Notes under the pieces: generated by a model | What the model was told of the DNA's origin: nothing | The model's input: the letters and a program-made list of their open reading frames with translations, nothing else | Databases searched by the model: none | Program-made: the position numbers and the translations under genes | Assembly: GCA_000146045.2 (NCBI GenBank) | Contig: BK006948.2 | Location: 800,001-864,000 of the forward strand | Source of the DNA: TPA_inf: Saccharomyces | Taxonomy: Eukaryota | Direction: 5' to 3' | Length of the DNA stretch: 64,000 nucleotides | Shown here: piece by piece, positions 42,817 through 53,356 of the stretch | Layout: each line of letters starts with the position of its first letter | Position numbering within the stretch: the stretch's first letter is position 1

Positions 42817-43644
42817 ATGTCTAGTCGTAAAAAAGTCAGAGTATTACTGCTCAAGAATAAAACTGTCCCCATTGATAAATATGAATTGGAGTGTAGGAGT
42901 AAGGCGTTTGAACCCATATTCGTACCGCTTATTAAACATACACATGTAATTCAAGATTTTAGAAATGTTTTGAATACCATCCCAAACTATTTGAATACTA
43001 TCAATTACATTATTATTACCTCTCAAAGGACTGTAGAGTCATTGAATGAAGCGATCATTCCCACATTGACAAGTGAACAAAAAGCTGCATTGCTCAGTAA
43101 AACAGTTTATACTGTAGGCCCTGCTACTGCTAACTTCATCAGAAGATCAGGTTTCATTAATGTTAAAGGTGGAGAAGACGCTGGTAATGGTTCAATCCTT
43201 GCTGATATAATTATTGATGACTTGAGTACGGATATTAAGGCATGCCCACCAAGTGAACTATTATTTCTCGTGGGTGAAATTAGAAGAGATATCATCCCAA
43301 AGAAACTCCATAGCAAGGGAATAAAAGTAAGAGAAGTGGTTACTTATAAAACTGAAGAATTAAGCGACGGTTTTAAAAGATTCATACACGCCATGAAAGA
43401 ATGCGATGAGGATGAAGTATTCTCGGACTGGGTGGTAGTTTTCAGTCCCCAGGGAACGAAAGAAATTACTCAGTATTTGGGTGACAGTAACCGCCTACCA
43501 GGTTCCCATCTACGGGTTGCGTCCATCGGACCTACCACTAAAAAATATCTGGATGATAATGATGTAACCTCTGATGTGGTCAGTCCAAAACCGGACCCCA
43601 AGTCGCTATTAGATGCTATTGAATTATACCAGCGCCATAAATAA
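42817..43644 (+). CDS. HEM4: Hem4, uroporphyrinogen-III synthase (275 aa)
   Basis: HemD-family fold sequence; 275 aa; ATG confirmed. Confidence 0.9.
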   Translation: MSSRKKVRVLLLKNKTVPIDKYELECRSKAFEPIFVPLIKHTHVIQDFRNVLNTIPNYLNTINYIIITSQRTVESLNEAIIPTLTSEQKAALLSKTVYTVGPATANFIRRSGFINVKGGEDAGNGSILADIIIDDLSTDIKACPPSELLFLVGEIRRDIIPKKLHSKGIKVREVVTYKTEELSDGFKRFIHAMKECDEDEVFSDWVVVFSPQGTKEITQYLGDSNRLPGSHLRVASIGPTTKKYLDDNDVTSDVVSPKPDPKSLLDAIELYQRHK

Positions 43645-43697
43645 TATTGATACGTCATATTTCTCTCTATTTATATTTATTTACTTCTTCAAAGAAG

Positions 43698-44630
43698 CTA
43701 TTGGGTAGAGTCCCAATCTCTTTTGCGTATACCCGCTACACCACCTTCAAATCTAGATAATATACTTCGTATTCTTTTATTCCCGACAAGTTCATTAATC
43801 TTTATGCTCTTGAATGACGGTTTGGTCCTCATTTGCTTTTCTGGTGTATATCTTGCCTTAGGAGGGAGGATCCAATCAGACCTTCTACGTGACTCCAAAA
43901 TTTTGGGTACCAAACTCTCATATAGGTCTTGGATTTTGGTCTCCCCTTCATCTCCGTCATGTCCGTCGCCTTCTTCATCTTCTTCTGACCCCAGTCTAGA
44001 CTGTGAACGTCTTTTGTCTCTTTCTGATATCCTTGATGATCTCCTTCTAATACCATCCCTTTCAGTTATATCTGAAGCAATGTCAATATTTTCCACTTCT
44101 GATATTGGAATTGGAAATGGCAATTCACTTCCATTTATTTCAGAAATAGTAACATCATCATTGTTTGCATTCGCTTCACTAATTGAGGGTAAAGATGCTG
44201 GTAGACTATTTTCTCTTTGAATAGCTCGAGATCTCGTACGTCTTCTTCGACTGGCAGCACCAGTAGTTGTAGGAGTGTTCTCACCTGAATATTCTGTATC
44301 GCTGATATCAGCTGATGAGTTTGATCTAGTAGAAGAGGAGGAGGAGGATGTGTTGCGAGGGATTGGTTCGCCGACTTCTTGTGTAGAGTTCCTCTTGATT
44401 TTCTTGTAGTATATTCCATATTCTTTATTTCTTAAACTGTCAATATCCACATGGCCACTTGCAGATATTCCTTTTTTGAACGTTTTTATCAGGAAATAAT
44501 CCTGATACGATTCAAACTCCAAGGGTTTAATGGATTTATTAAAGTCTTTTATTTCATTTATTAACCTCCTCTTATCATTGATTAAACTTTGCAAATCACT
44601 ATTTTTTATGATTTCCGTATTTGTACTCAT
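43698..44630 (-). CDS. RFM1: Rfm1, repression factor of middle sporulation elements (Sum1-Hst1 complex), 310 aa
   Basis: The ORF-track start at 44636 is GTG; the first ATG at 44630 gives MSTNTEIIKN; Ser/Arg-rich low-complexity middle region. Confidence 0.8.
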   Translation of the reverse strand: MSTNTEIIKNSDLQSLINDKRRLINEIKDFNKSIKPLEFESYQDYFLIKTFKKGISASGHVDIDSLRNKEYGIYYKKIKRNSTQEVGEPIPRNTSSSSSSTRSNSSADISDTEYSGENTPTTTGAASRRRRTRSRAIQRENSLPASLPSISEANANNDDVTISEINGSELPFPIPISEVENIDIASDITERDGIRRRSSRISERDKRRSQSRLGSEEDEEGDGHDGDEGETKIQDLYESLVPKILESRRRSDWILPPKARYTPEKQMRTKPSFKSIKINELVGNKRIRSILSRFEGGVAGIRKRDWDSTQ

Positions 44631-44991
44631 TCGCACTTTCTTATAACACCTTCCTGTTGTTCTAATTAAATTCTTTTAATTAAAATTAATAGTTATTTTA
44701 TATGCAATGTCTTATGATCACTTCTAGCTGTCAGTGTTCCTAGGATAGTGTTCAACAGCGTTTAATATTAATATATTGAGATACTTCCGCCAGATAAAAG
44801 AAATCCTTACGTTAAATATATATCATTCGTGTGCCGCGAAAATTCTTTCTTTAGCAACAGATATAAATCAGGTATAGAAAATCAAACGTCAAAGAAGGCG
44901 GCAGAAAAGTCACACTATTCCTTTTTCTCGTCGATATTTTCAATAGTTTTATAAAAATTGTATGTAGCTCATATAAATATCAATTATCGAA

Positions 44992-45792
44992 TTACAATTT
45001 ACCCAAGGAATCGATCATATCTAACAAATCATCTTCCAATTGAGGTTTGTCAAATTGTTTCCGATCTACTTCAGGTTGGGCATTATGCTCTTGACCCTCT
45101 TTGCTAGTAATTCCTTGGATCCAATTGCAAACTTGGGATACGAATGGTTTCGAGTTTGGGACAAAATGGGCTCCAGGATGAACCAACAATGTCCTTTTGT
45201 TATCGGGCCATGACTCGTACAATGCCATGATTCTAGATTCTGCTACAACTTCATCTAACTCCCCCCTTACATGTAGAGAGGGCACCTGGATAATCCTATG
45301 ATATTCTTTCTGGTAGGATTGATCTTCTAATTTGAATCCACTAAATGAAATAAAAAATTTTAAAGCGGGCTGTTGTTCATCAGTAAGATTTAATATTCTG
45401 TTAAAGTCAGTGACTAAGTAGCCCCCAAGACCTGCACCTTGGCTGAATCCAATGACACCATCAAATGGTCCATTTTCTAGCACGTAGTTACGTAAATAGT
45501 TAAACACCTTTTGATCTATTTGAAAGGAATTGAAAGATTCGGGATTTCTAAAGAACCACCCGTATACTTCATCACTAGTCGCTGAGGTGTTGAATTCCTT
45601 CGCAGCATCTCTACCCTTTTCTGACTCTGATTGGAATAACGCTTTTTTATCAATTGAATGTGGGGCGCAAGGATAGTATAAATCGTAACCTAACTTCTTC
45701 AAATTCTTTCGTAATCCTCCAGTCTTCGCAGAAAATATCTTATCGGATTGGACAAAACCATGTAGCATTAGAACTTTCTTCTTTTCACTCAT
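44992..45792 (-). CDS. FSH3: Fsh3, family-of-serine-hydrolases alpha/beta hydrolase (266 aa)
   Basis: GFSQGA (GxSxG) nucleophile motif; 266 aa. Confidence 0.9.
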   Translation of the reverse strand: MSEKKKVLMLHGFVQSDKIFSAKTGGLRKNLKKLGYDLYYPCAPHSIDKKALFQSESEKGRDAAKEFNTSATSDEVYGWFFRNPESFNSFQIDQKVFNYLRNYVLENGPFDGVIGFSQGAGLGGYLVTDFNRILNLTDEQQPALKFFISFSGFKLEDQSYQKEYHRIIQVPSLHVRGELDEVVAESRIMALYESWPDNKRTLLVHPGAHFVPNSKPFVSQVCNWIQGITSKEGQEHNAQPEVDRKQFDKPQLEDDLLDMIDSLGKL

Positions 45793-46268
45793 AATAATAA
45801 TTCTGGGGTTTGTGGTAGAATTCAGTTTGAAAATGCACCGAAGTAGAACAGATTACTTTCTGTATTACTGCATCCATAGTGTTCTTTATACGCACAACTA
45901 GAAAAAGTAAATTTCTATCCTCTGACAACAAAGCGAAAAAGTAGTAAAACTTGATACCAGACCATGCTCCATATGACGATTTAAAAGGTTTATTCTGTCA
46001 AGATGTGCCTGCTCGAACTTAATAAGGGGTTTTATTGTATCTGTATCCTAAGTATGCTTGACGGTAATTAAAGAGCTTTAATTGGTTGCCATGACAACGG
46101 CTCTTACTAAAATCCATGCTGCAGCGATGTTCAATCATACATACCGTAATCCTCGCGTAAACATTCAGAGAAGTACATGACAAAGTTTGCTGTTCTTTAT
46201 ATCTGTATATATTAAATAATGGGGATAGTGACACCACTTAGCCTGTAAATAAGGAATATTCGCACTAT

Positions 46269-47129
46269 TTAGTCAAAAAATCCATCATCATCATCATTAA
46301 TGTTGCCATCATCATTTCCACCTATGCCGACATTAAATTTTCCTCTAATACCTGACCTGATCGATTTTTTTTCACCGTAATGCAATTTTCTCTCTTCCCT
46401 GGATTCTTCATCGTCTCGGTTCATTATCAGTCTGTTGTCTCCTTCTGCAACAGCGCCAACTTTTACCATAAAATCTTCAAAGTCTTCCATCTTGGAATTA
46501 TTACCACCCAGTTCTAGTAGCGTTATCATGTTTTTGATTACCTCACCCCGGTAATATACAATTAATGTCGGGCAATTGGATTCGGGATAGTTTTCAATTG
46601 CTCTATTGGCAGGTATTTCTACAAATTTTATTTCTCTGAATTTGCATGCAGCAGATTGGAAAAGATGAGACAGAATTCTGCTTTGTAGTTTACTTTGAAG
46701 CGAGAGATGAACGAATACGTAGACACCACCGTCATCCTCTTCACCATTGTCATTGGTTTGTGCACCTTCATATTTCTTTCCCTGACTGGCCAAAGTAACC
46801 TCTTTGTTGTATTCAGGTTTGTTAATGTGGAAAACTTCTCCAAATTTGGAACGTTCCTGTAATTTGCGGATTTCATTTAATCTTTTGATCTTGTAAGCTT
46901 CCAAGAAATCTTCATCTTCATCGTCTTCTAGTTCTTCCAAATCCGACAAGTCTTTATCTTCTAGTCTATTTTCATGCTGCTTGGCAATTGCTTCTTCTAA
47001 TGCTTCTTCTAACTTTGCAGTGGGCGAAGGTGCACGTTCTGGTATTACACCCTTCGCTCTTAAAATATCGTTCCATTCACTGTCTTCAGATTCGTCCACC
47101 TGGACCTGAAACATTGGTTCATTCTGCAT
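46269..47129 (-). CDS. PLP2: Plp2, phosducin-like protein with thioredoxin-like fold (286 aa)
   Basis: Acidic N-terminal helix plus thioredoxin-like C-terminal domain; 286 aa. Confidence 0.9.
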
Positions 47130-47452
47130 TATGTCTGCTGAATATGCCTTTCTTCTCAGTGATGTTTACTCGAAGGCGTTATCTTGTACTGCAGATTTCT
47201 TCAGGTCGATCATATAACCTTTTCTTTTTTTCCTCTAGCGGGATTTCCTCTTTTTTCAGTAATTTTTTTTCCAGCGATATTAATACAATGGGAAAATCAG
47301 GTCGTCACAATATTACTTAATTCTTTTTTGAATTGTAGAACATAAAGTATTGCTTTATTCATTCTGGTTCGAATTAGTCTCATACTGTAAGATCAAAGCG
47401 GCAACGAAGCTCGAAGCTATACAAGCACCCAAAAATATATTTATACCCAAGA

Positions 47453-48145
47453 ATGACTAAGGAAGTACCATATTATTGCGATAATGACGATAACAACATC
47501 ATCAGATTATTCATTATTAGGCATGGACAAACAGAACACAATGTAAAAAAAATTTTGCAAGGTCACAAAGATACCTCGATCAATCCTACGGGAGAAGAAC
47601 AAGCCACTAAATTGGGGCATTACTTGCGTTCAAGAGGTATTCATTTTGATAAGGTTGTCAGTAGTGATTTAAAAAGGTGTAGGCAAACTACGGCTTTAGT
47701 TTTGAAACATTCAAAACAAGAAAATGTGCCTACTTCCTATACTTCGGGGTTAAGGGAGCGTTATATGGGTGTTATTGAAGGTATGCAGATTACTGAGGCT
47801 GAAAAGTATGCTGATAAACATGGTGAAGGCTCCTTTAGAAATTTTGGGGAAAAAAGTGACGATTTTGTTGCTAGGTTAACTGGATGTGTCGAAGAAGAAG
47901 TTGCTGAAGCATCTAATGAAGGTGTCAAGAATCTAGCCCTAGTTAGTCATGGAGGTGCTATCAGAATGATTTTACAATGGTTAAAGTATGAAAATCATCA
48001 AGCTCATAAGATCATTGTTTTCAACACCTCTGTCACTATAGTTGATTACGTCAAGGACTCCAAGCAGTTTATTGTGAGACGTGTCGGAAACACCCAACAT
48101 CTTGGTGATGGCGAATTTGTCGTCAGTGACTTAAGATTACGTTAG
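47453..48145 (+). CDS. YOR283W-like histidine phosphatase of the phosphoglycerate-mutase family (230 aa)
   Basis: Catalytic RHG motif (IIRHGQTEHN) and the downstream His motif (SHGGAIR). Confidence 0.85.
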   Translation: MTKEVPYYCDNDDNNIIRLFIIRHGQTEHNVKKILQGHKDTSINPTGEEQATKLGHYLRSRGIHFDKVVSSDLKRCRQTTALVLKHSKQENVPTSYTSGLRERYMGVIEGMQITEAEKYADKHGEGSFRNFGEKSDDFVARLTGCVEEEVAEASNEGVKNLALVSHGGAIRMILQWLKYENHQAHKIIVFNTSVTIVDYVKDSKQFIVRRVGNTQHLGDGEFVVSDLRLR

Positions 48146-48477
48146 ACACTATATGGTTATTCACTGTTGGGTTTTTCTCATTTTGTATTAGAAATGCGGT
48201 TTAGGTAGTAATAGAAATTTCGCATGCGTGTATTTTATTTTAAAACATATAGTTCGTAAGGGTTTATCTAAATGCAGTAGATGTTCATAAATTATAGGGG
48301 TTTTATGTTTTTATATTATTGATATAGTTTTTCACATGAGATGAGAACGACGCGTTTATTTTAAAGGAAAGAAAACTGTGTCGTAATATGTAACAAGACT
48401 ACATTGATACTCCATAGCAGAGAAATGGATATGTTCTGTCGGTGGTAAATTCAGGTGAATTGTATATCAGTGAAACT

Positions 48478-49209
48478 ATGCAACAAACAAAATTTGGCAA
48501 GATGTATTTGGACCACGATTCGGTAGTTGAGTACTCAGAAGATGAAATTGTCGAAGCCGATCGTATTACATTGGGCTATAAAAAGAGATTGTCAATGATT
48601 GAAAATCAAATGCGACATCTTTTGGAGGATTTTAGTTTGGACGTTCAGCAGATTGAACCCATTCTTGCCGACTTGCAGAAGTACTACGACGCGTTTCTAC
48701 AACTTTTACAGAAAAGGAACAAATCATTACAATGTAAGAGGTCCACTCACCAGCCGGTCCCATCCCCAATGAATAGCCAGACATCAACAAATGCAAAGGT
48801 TAATTTGAGCGGAAAGCTTATGAAGTTTCAGCTAAATAGTGTACAAAAGTTCGACGAAGAAAATATACTAAGGATTCTGCAAAATAAAATAGAATTCGAA
48901 CATTATTTCCAAATTGATAAAGGTAAGAAGCAAAAGGTGCTATTACTTGCCGTATATCAATGCCTCAATGGGCCAACACGTTTGCATAAAGTGCTTAATA
49001 TTGAGGGAATTATACATAATAATAGTATCAGAACTATACTGGGCAAACAAGTGTCCAGTTCTAAGTGGACAGTGTTTCTGTACGATGTAAAACTAGTTTT
49101 ATTGGCGCATAGACAAGATGTTCCGAACTTAGAAACTAGCAAGATGATCGTCAGATATGGTGATTTATTTCCCTGTGCATTGTACTTCAAAGATCATACA
49201 GCATACTAA
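48478..49209 (+). CDS. HUA2: Hua2, cytoplasmic protein of unknown function (243 aa)
   Basis: The ORF-track start at 48442 is GTG; the first ATG at 48478 gives MQQTKFGKMYLDH; 243 aa; gene order. Confidence 0.75.
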   Translation: MQQTKFGKMYLDHDSVVEYSEDEIVEADRITLGYKKRLSMIENQMRHLLEDFSLDVQQIEPILADLQKYYDAFLQLLQKRNKSLQCKRSTHQPVPSPMNSQTSTNAKVNLSGKLMKFQLNSVQKFDEENILRILQNKIEFEHYFQIDKGKKQKVLLLAVYQCLNGPTRLHKVLNIEGIIHNNSIRTILGKQVSSSKWTVFLYDVKLVLLAHRQDVPNLETSKMIVRYGDLFPCALYFKDHTAY

Positions 49210-49634
49210 GCGCTTTCCAGGGACACCTTCTGTCGCAAAATATCAGAATTTTTCTTGATTAAACGCAGCATATTGAGTATATGAAATTAACGGGACACTG
49301 TGTGAAAAATTTGTAGTTGTACTTTTTTGTTATCCCCTTTGGTAGACATATGGACGAATTACTACTAAGATTGGCTTCCATAAGGCCCAAATCCAGATAT
49401 CACCTACGGTATGTCCTTTTCCTACTTGCAATGACAAATAATTTGTTATTTATCTTGGAACCTATATAAGTTACATCTGATTGCTTTTGTATTTTTTTTG
49501 GAGAATATTATTACCCGCGGGGAAGGAAGTAAGGGGAGAATTTTTGAGGTGTATAAAAGAGAGTGGAGGCTTAATCAATCAAAGAATTCTTTCTCGTTTA
49601 TTTTCAGGGTTTGTGACTAAGAAACGATATTAAA

Positions 49635-50054
49635 ATGTGGAAGGCCGTGATGAATGCTTGGAATGGAACCGAGAGTCAAAGTAAGAATGTTTCAAATATT
49701 CAATCTTACAGTTTTGAAGACATGAAAAGAATCGTTGGAAAGCATGATCCTAATGTGGTTTTGGTAGATGTTAGAGAACCATCTGAGTACTCGATTGTTC
49801 ATATTCCTGCTTCCATCAATGTGCCATATAGATCGCACCCTGACGCATTTGCCTTAGATCCTTTAGAATTTGAGAAACAGATTGGCATCCCAAAACCTGA
49901 CAGTGCCAAGGAGCTAATATTTTATTGTGCTTCTGGCAAACGCGGGGGAGAAGCTCAAAAAGTCGCCTCCTCACATGGATATTCAAACACCTCACTATAT
50001 CCTGGCTCTATGAATGATTGGGTTTCTCATGGGGGTGATAAACTTGACTTATAG
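49635..50054 (+). CDS. RDL1: Rdl1, single-domain rhodanese thiosulfate sulfurtransferase (139 aa)
   Basis: Rhodanese active-site loop CASGKRG. Confidence 0.9.
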   Translation: MWKAVMNAWNGTESQSKNVSNIQSYSFEDMKRIVGKHDPNVVLVDVREPSEYSIVHIPASINVPYRSHPDAFALDPLEFEKQIGIPKPDSAKELIFYCASGKRGGEAQKVASSHGYSNTSLYPGSMNDWVSHGGDKLDL

Positions 50055-50279
50055 CCTTGTATACTCTAGGTATGTACCCTGTGTATTTTCGTAAGCTAGT
50101 AACGTATTATGCCATTTATGTCACACCGTTCATAATATTTGCCTATTGCATTGGCTGTGATAGCGGCGGCGCAAAGAAATTAGGAAGTATAAAAAAAAAA
50201 ATACAAAACTTAATCTGAATGGAATAAGATAGCGATAACTCTCAACAAATGGAAGCGAGACAGAAGAAAAAGACCAACG

Positions 50280-50729
50280 ATGTTCAAGCATAGTACAGGT
50301 ATTCTCTCGAGGACAGTTTCTGCAAGATCGCCTACATTGGTCCTGAGAACATTTACAACGAAGGCTCCAAAGATCTATACTTTTGACCAGGTCAGGAACC
50401 TAGTCGAACACCCCAATGATAAAAAACTATTGGTAGATGTAAGGGAACCCAAGGAAGTAAAGGATTACAAGATGCCAACTACAATAAATATTCCGGTGAA
50501 TAGTGCCCCTGGCGCTCTTGGATTGCCCGAAAAGGAGTTTCACAAAGTTTTCCAATTTGCTAAACCACCTCACGATAAAGAATTGATTTTTCTTTGTGCG
50601 AAAGGAGTAAGAGCCAAAACTGCCGAAGAGTTGGCTCGATCTTATGGGTACGAAAACACTGGTATCTATCCTGGTTCTATTACTGAGTGGTTAGCTAAAG
50701 GTGGTGCTGACGTTAAGCCCAAAAAATAA
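50280..50729 (+). CDS. RDL2: Rdl2, single-domain rhodanese (149 aa) with an N-terminal mitochondrial-presequence-like extension
   Basis: Active-site loop CAKGVRA; N-terminus MFKHSTGILSRTVSARSPTLVLRTF is Arg/Ser/Thr-rich; clear paralog of RDL1. Confidence 0.9.
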   Translation: MFKHSTGILSRTVSARSPTLVLRTFTTKAPKIYTFDQVRNLVEHPNDKKLLVDVREPKEVKDYKMPTTINIPVNSAPGALGLPEKEFHKVFQFAKPPHDKELIFLCAKGVRAKTAEELARSYGYENTGIYPGSITEWLAKGGADVKPKK

Positions 50730-50936
50730 GCCAAAAAGAAACAAGTATAATCGATATATCCTGTATATAGACAACCTTTTGTGTATTTCAAATTTTTTGT
50801 TGTCACCTCTCCGATTCATTCGATTTTCTCCTTGTGGTTCGCGGATAACCTCTTACTTCCATTAGTTTATGTGTGCGTTTATTTTTTTATCTTTCTCTAT
50901 ATATTACTTTAATGTGCATTCTTTTGCTTAAATACT

Positions 50937-51839
50937 CTACCTACGATTATGAAATTCAAATTGTTTAAACTCTTTACCCAATCTCTTCTTCCTTTTCCTT
51001 TCCATGACCTTTTCACGTTGCTTGGCCTTCATGTGATCAAATTTCCACTTTTGCACCACTTTACGTTTCTCAGACTTTTTCAAATGGTATCTCGTATTAT
51101 TGTTTTTATTCATATCATTTTCGTATTCCTTGAGAATTTCACGCTCGAGATCTTTGTTTTTCATTGATTGCAATCTCGATTTCATACTTTTCAGTCTTTG
51201 TTCCATTTCTTCACGTTCTCCCTGGTCTATTTTTGATAGAAATTTTCTTTCTTGTAACAGCTTCTGCAGTTCATCAATTTCTTTTTCTCTATATTCGTCC
51301 AAGAACTGGTAACGTTTTCTTATGATAGAACTATCAAGGGCTTTACCGGTGGACTTATCAAATCTGATGTCCTGATAGAGGTTAGACCTTTTATTCCTCG
51401 GTATTTCCAGCCCAGGGATATTTCGGACTCGTGGTACCCTTTTCTTGGATGATTGTTCTACTGGAGCGTGTTTGCTCTTCTTTTTTGGTACTTTCTGACC
51501 ATGATGAGTTTCATCCTCACTATCTTCTTCAAAGAATCCAGCATCCTCGTCTGATTGGTCCTCACTGTCCTCATCTTCATCAAAACTTTCTTCTCTGTAT
51601 GTAGTTGTGATCGGTTTTTTGTGAACGGGTTTCGTATCTTTGAAATCTTCTTCATCTATTACCGTTTCAGCCTTCTTCAAAGAACCAAAAGACAAGGTTT
51701 TCAACTCATCGTCACTTGATTCTTGTTCGTCAATTTCTCGCTTACTTTTGTTCGCCATTATGCTCTCCAATAAGTTTCCGTCATCTTCTTCTACGTCGGA
51801 GTTCAAGTCTGGCTTCAGATTTTTAAAGTAATACGACAT
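50937..51839 (-). CDS. RRP36: Rrp36, 90S pre-ribosome / SSU processome component (300 aa)
   Basis: The ORF-track start at 51875 is TTG; the first ATG at 51839 gives [10 protein letters not shown]; charged coiled-coil C-terminus; PAC-like and RRPE motifs upstream. Confidence 0.85.
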
Positions 51840-52120
51840 TTTTAACCTTCTAGTGCTTATTGACCCTCTATACAATTTTTGGATGGCAATTTAATTATAC
51901 TATTTAGTACTTATTCTTATGCCCCAGTTTTCCGGTAGAAAGGCAAGCTCATCGGTTGAAAATTTTCAAAGCGGGTAATAAACGTGTCTTTCGGTATTTA
52001 ACCGCTCAGATAAAAGTTATTATTGCAAATAAAAGTAAACGTCCATGCCATCAGTTAGTGGACTATATAGATACATATGTTGTGTTTAATTAGATAATCA
52101 TTGAATGAGGAAACGTACCA

Positions 52121-53077
52121 CTACAATTCGTCGTGCTTGTTTCCTGAGGAGGAATGGTTCTTTTTAATTGGCTTCTTGCCAGTTTTTAAGTAAGCAATAT
52201 ATTCAGAACGTCTACTAAAAGGACCCTCATTGGGGGTAATACTAAAAGTGTCCCGCAGAAATTTGGAAATGTCATTTTTGTTGATTGAGTTCCCTTCATA
52301 CTCCCAAAATTTATCTTTGTCTGCATCAAAAACGACAAGCTTACTTTTATCGCTCTGTCGCTGTTCAGGAATGACCTTCTGCAAATATTTGAAAATCTCA
52401 GGAGTTTTTTCATATGTTGGGTTCATATCGGTTAGTTGCTTGAGTTTTTTGTTTGAAATTGAATAAAAATCGAACTTTCCTAACCAATCAAGGGCAATGC
52501 TTTTATAAACCGGTGAAATTTTGTCTTGTTTGGAAAACAACACCACGGAAAGTTTGGGTGACTTTCTAAGTAAAGAGCCAAGTGTATCTATACGGACAAA
52601 CTTTTTGACATATGACCTTATTCTTGAAAGAGAAAAATCAACAATAGGCGCGAGAGTTCTTGCACCTGAGTACACTTCATTGGCATGAGCGCTGAAACTT
52701 TTTTTGGCGTTATCTATTGGCTTAGATAGGTCAATTTTTGGGGGCCTAAATACCATTAACGTGGGAAATCCGTTTACGTCGTATTTAGCACACAAAGCCT
52801 TATTCTTGTTAAGGTCACAGTTTACAGCAGCAACTTGGACTACACCATCCAATCTTTTTGCTGCCTTGCGGAACGTACTAGAGAGCTTCTTACAATGGCC
52901 GCACCACGGAGCATAAAATTCCACTAATGATGTGTAATTTGTGTTATGGATCGCTTTATCGAAGCTTTTTGGCGTTAACTCTGATATATGAGGATCGGAA
53001 TCGTAAAAGTTTTGCGCCTTTACTTCATTCATAATAAAAAGTCCCAAAAGGAGCTTAATAATATTAAGAAATAACAT
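52121..53077 (-). CDS. MPD1: Mpd1, ER protein disulfide isomerase family member (318 aa)
   Basis: N-terminal signal peptide; thioredoxin active site APWCGHCKKL; C-terminal HDEL retrieval signal. Confidence 0.92.
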   Translation of the reverse strand: MLFLNIIKLLLGLFIMNEVKAQNFYDSDPHISELTPKSFDKAIHNTNYTSLVEFYAPWCGHCKKLSSTFRKAAKRLDGVVQVAAVNCDLNKNKALCAKYDVNGFPTLMVFRPPKIDLSKPIDNAKKSFSAHANEVYSGARTLAPIVDFSLSRIRSYVKKFVRIDTLGSLLRKSPKLSVVLFSKQDKISPVYKSIALDWLGKFDFYSISNKKLKQLTDMNPTYEKTPEIFKYLQKVIPEQRQSDKSKLVVFDADKDKFWEYEGNSINKNDISKFLRDTFSITPNEGPFSRRSEYIAYLKTGKKPIKKNHSSSGNKHDEL

Positions 53078-53356
53078 TATATGTCAAATTTTGTCTCTCC
53101 TAATTGTGTTAAGTGGATGCTTACTGTTGAAAATGACTGCGAAAAGATATTTCTCTTCATGTTATTTAACTTTTACGTGTCAATTTTAATTTTTACCAAA
53201 TTTTTATACGCCTCGCAAGGCTCGAACAACGGCCCTTTTTTCAAGGGATAAGCACATGACACTGGGCGACAAAGGAGGAATATAAAGAGAAATTTGCGTC
53301 AATTTGTATCCAGATAAGATCCTTTGAAAAGATGGTTTTTGGCTTGTGCGATAGTA

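Noticed and set aside
46988-47320. 110-aa plus-strand ORF overlapping the PLP2 start (YOR282W-like)
   Set aside because: Overlaps the PLP2 N-terminus and promoter antisense; no conserved features.
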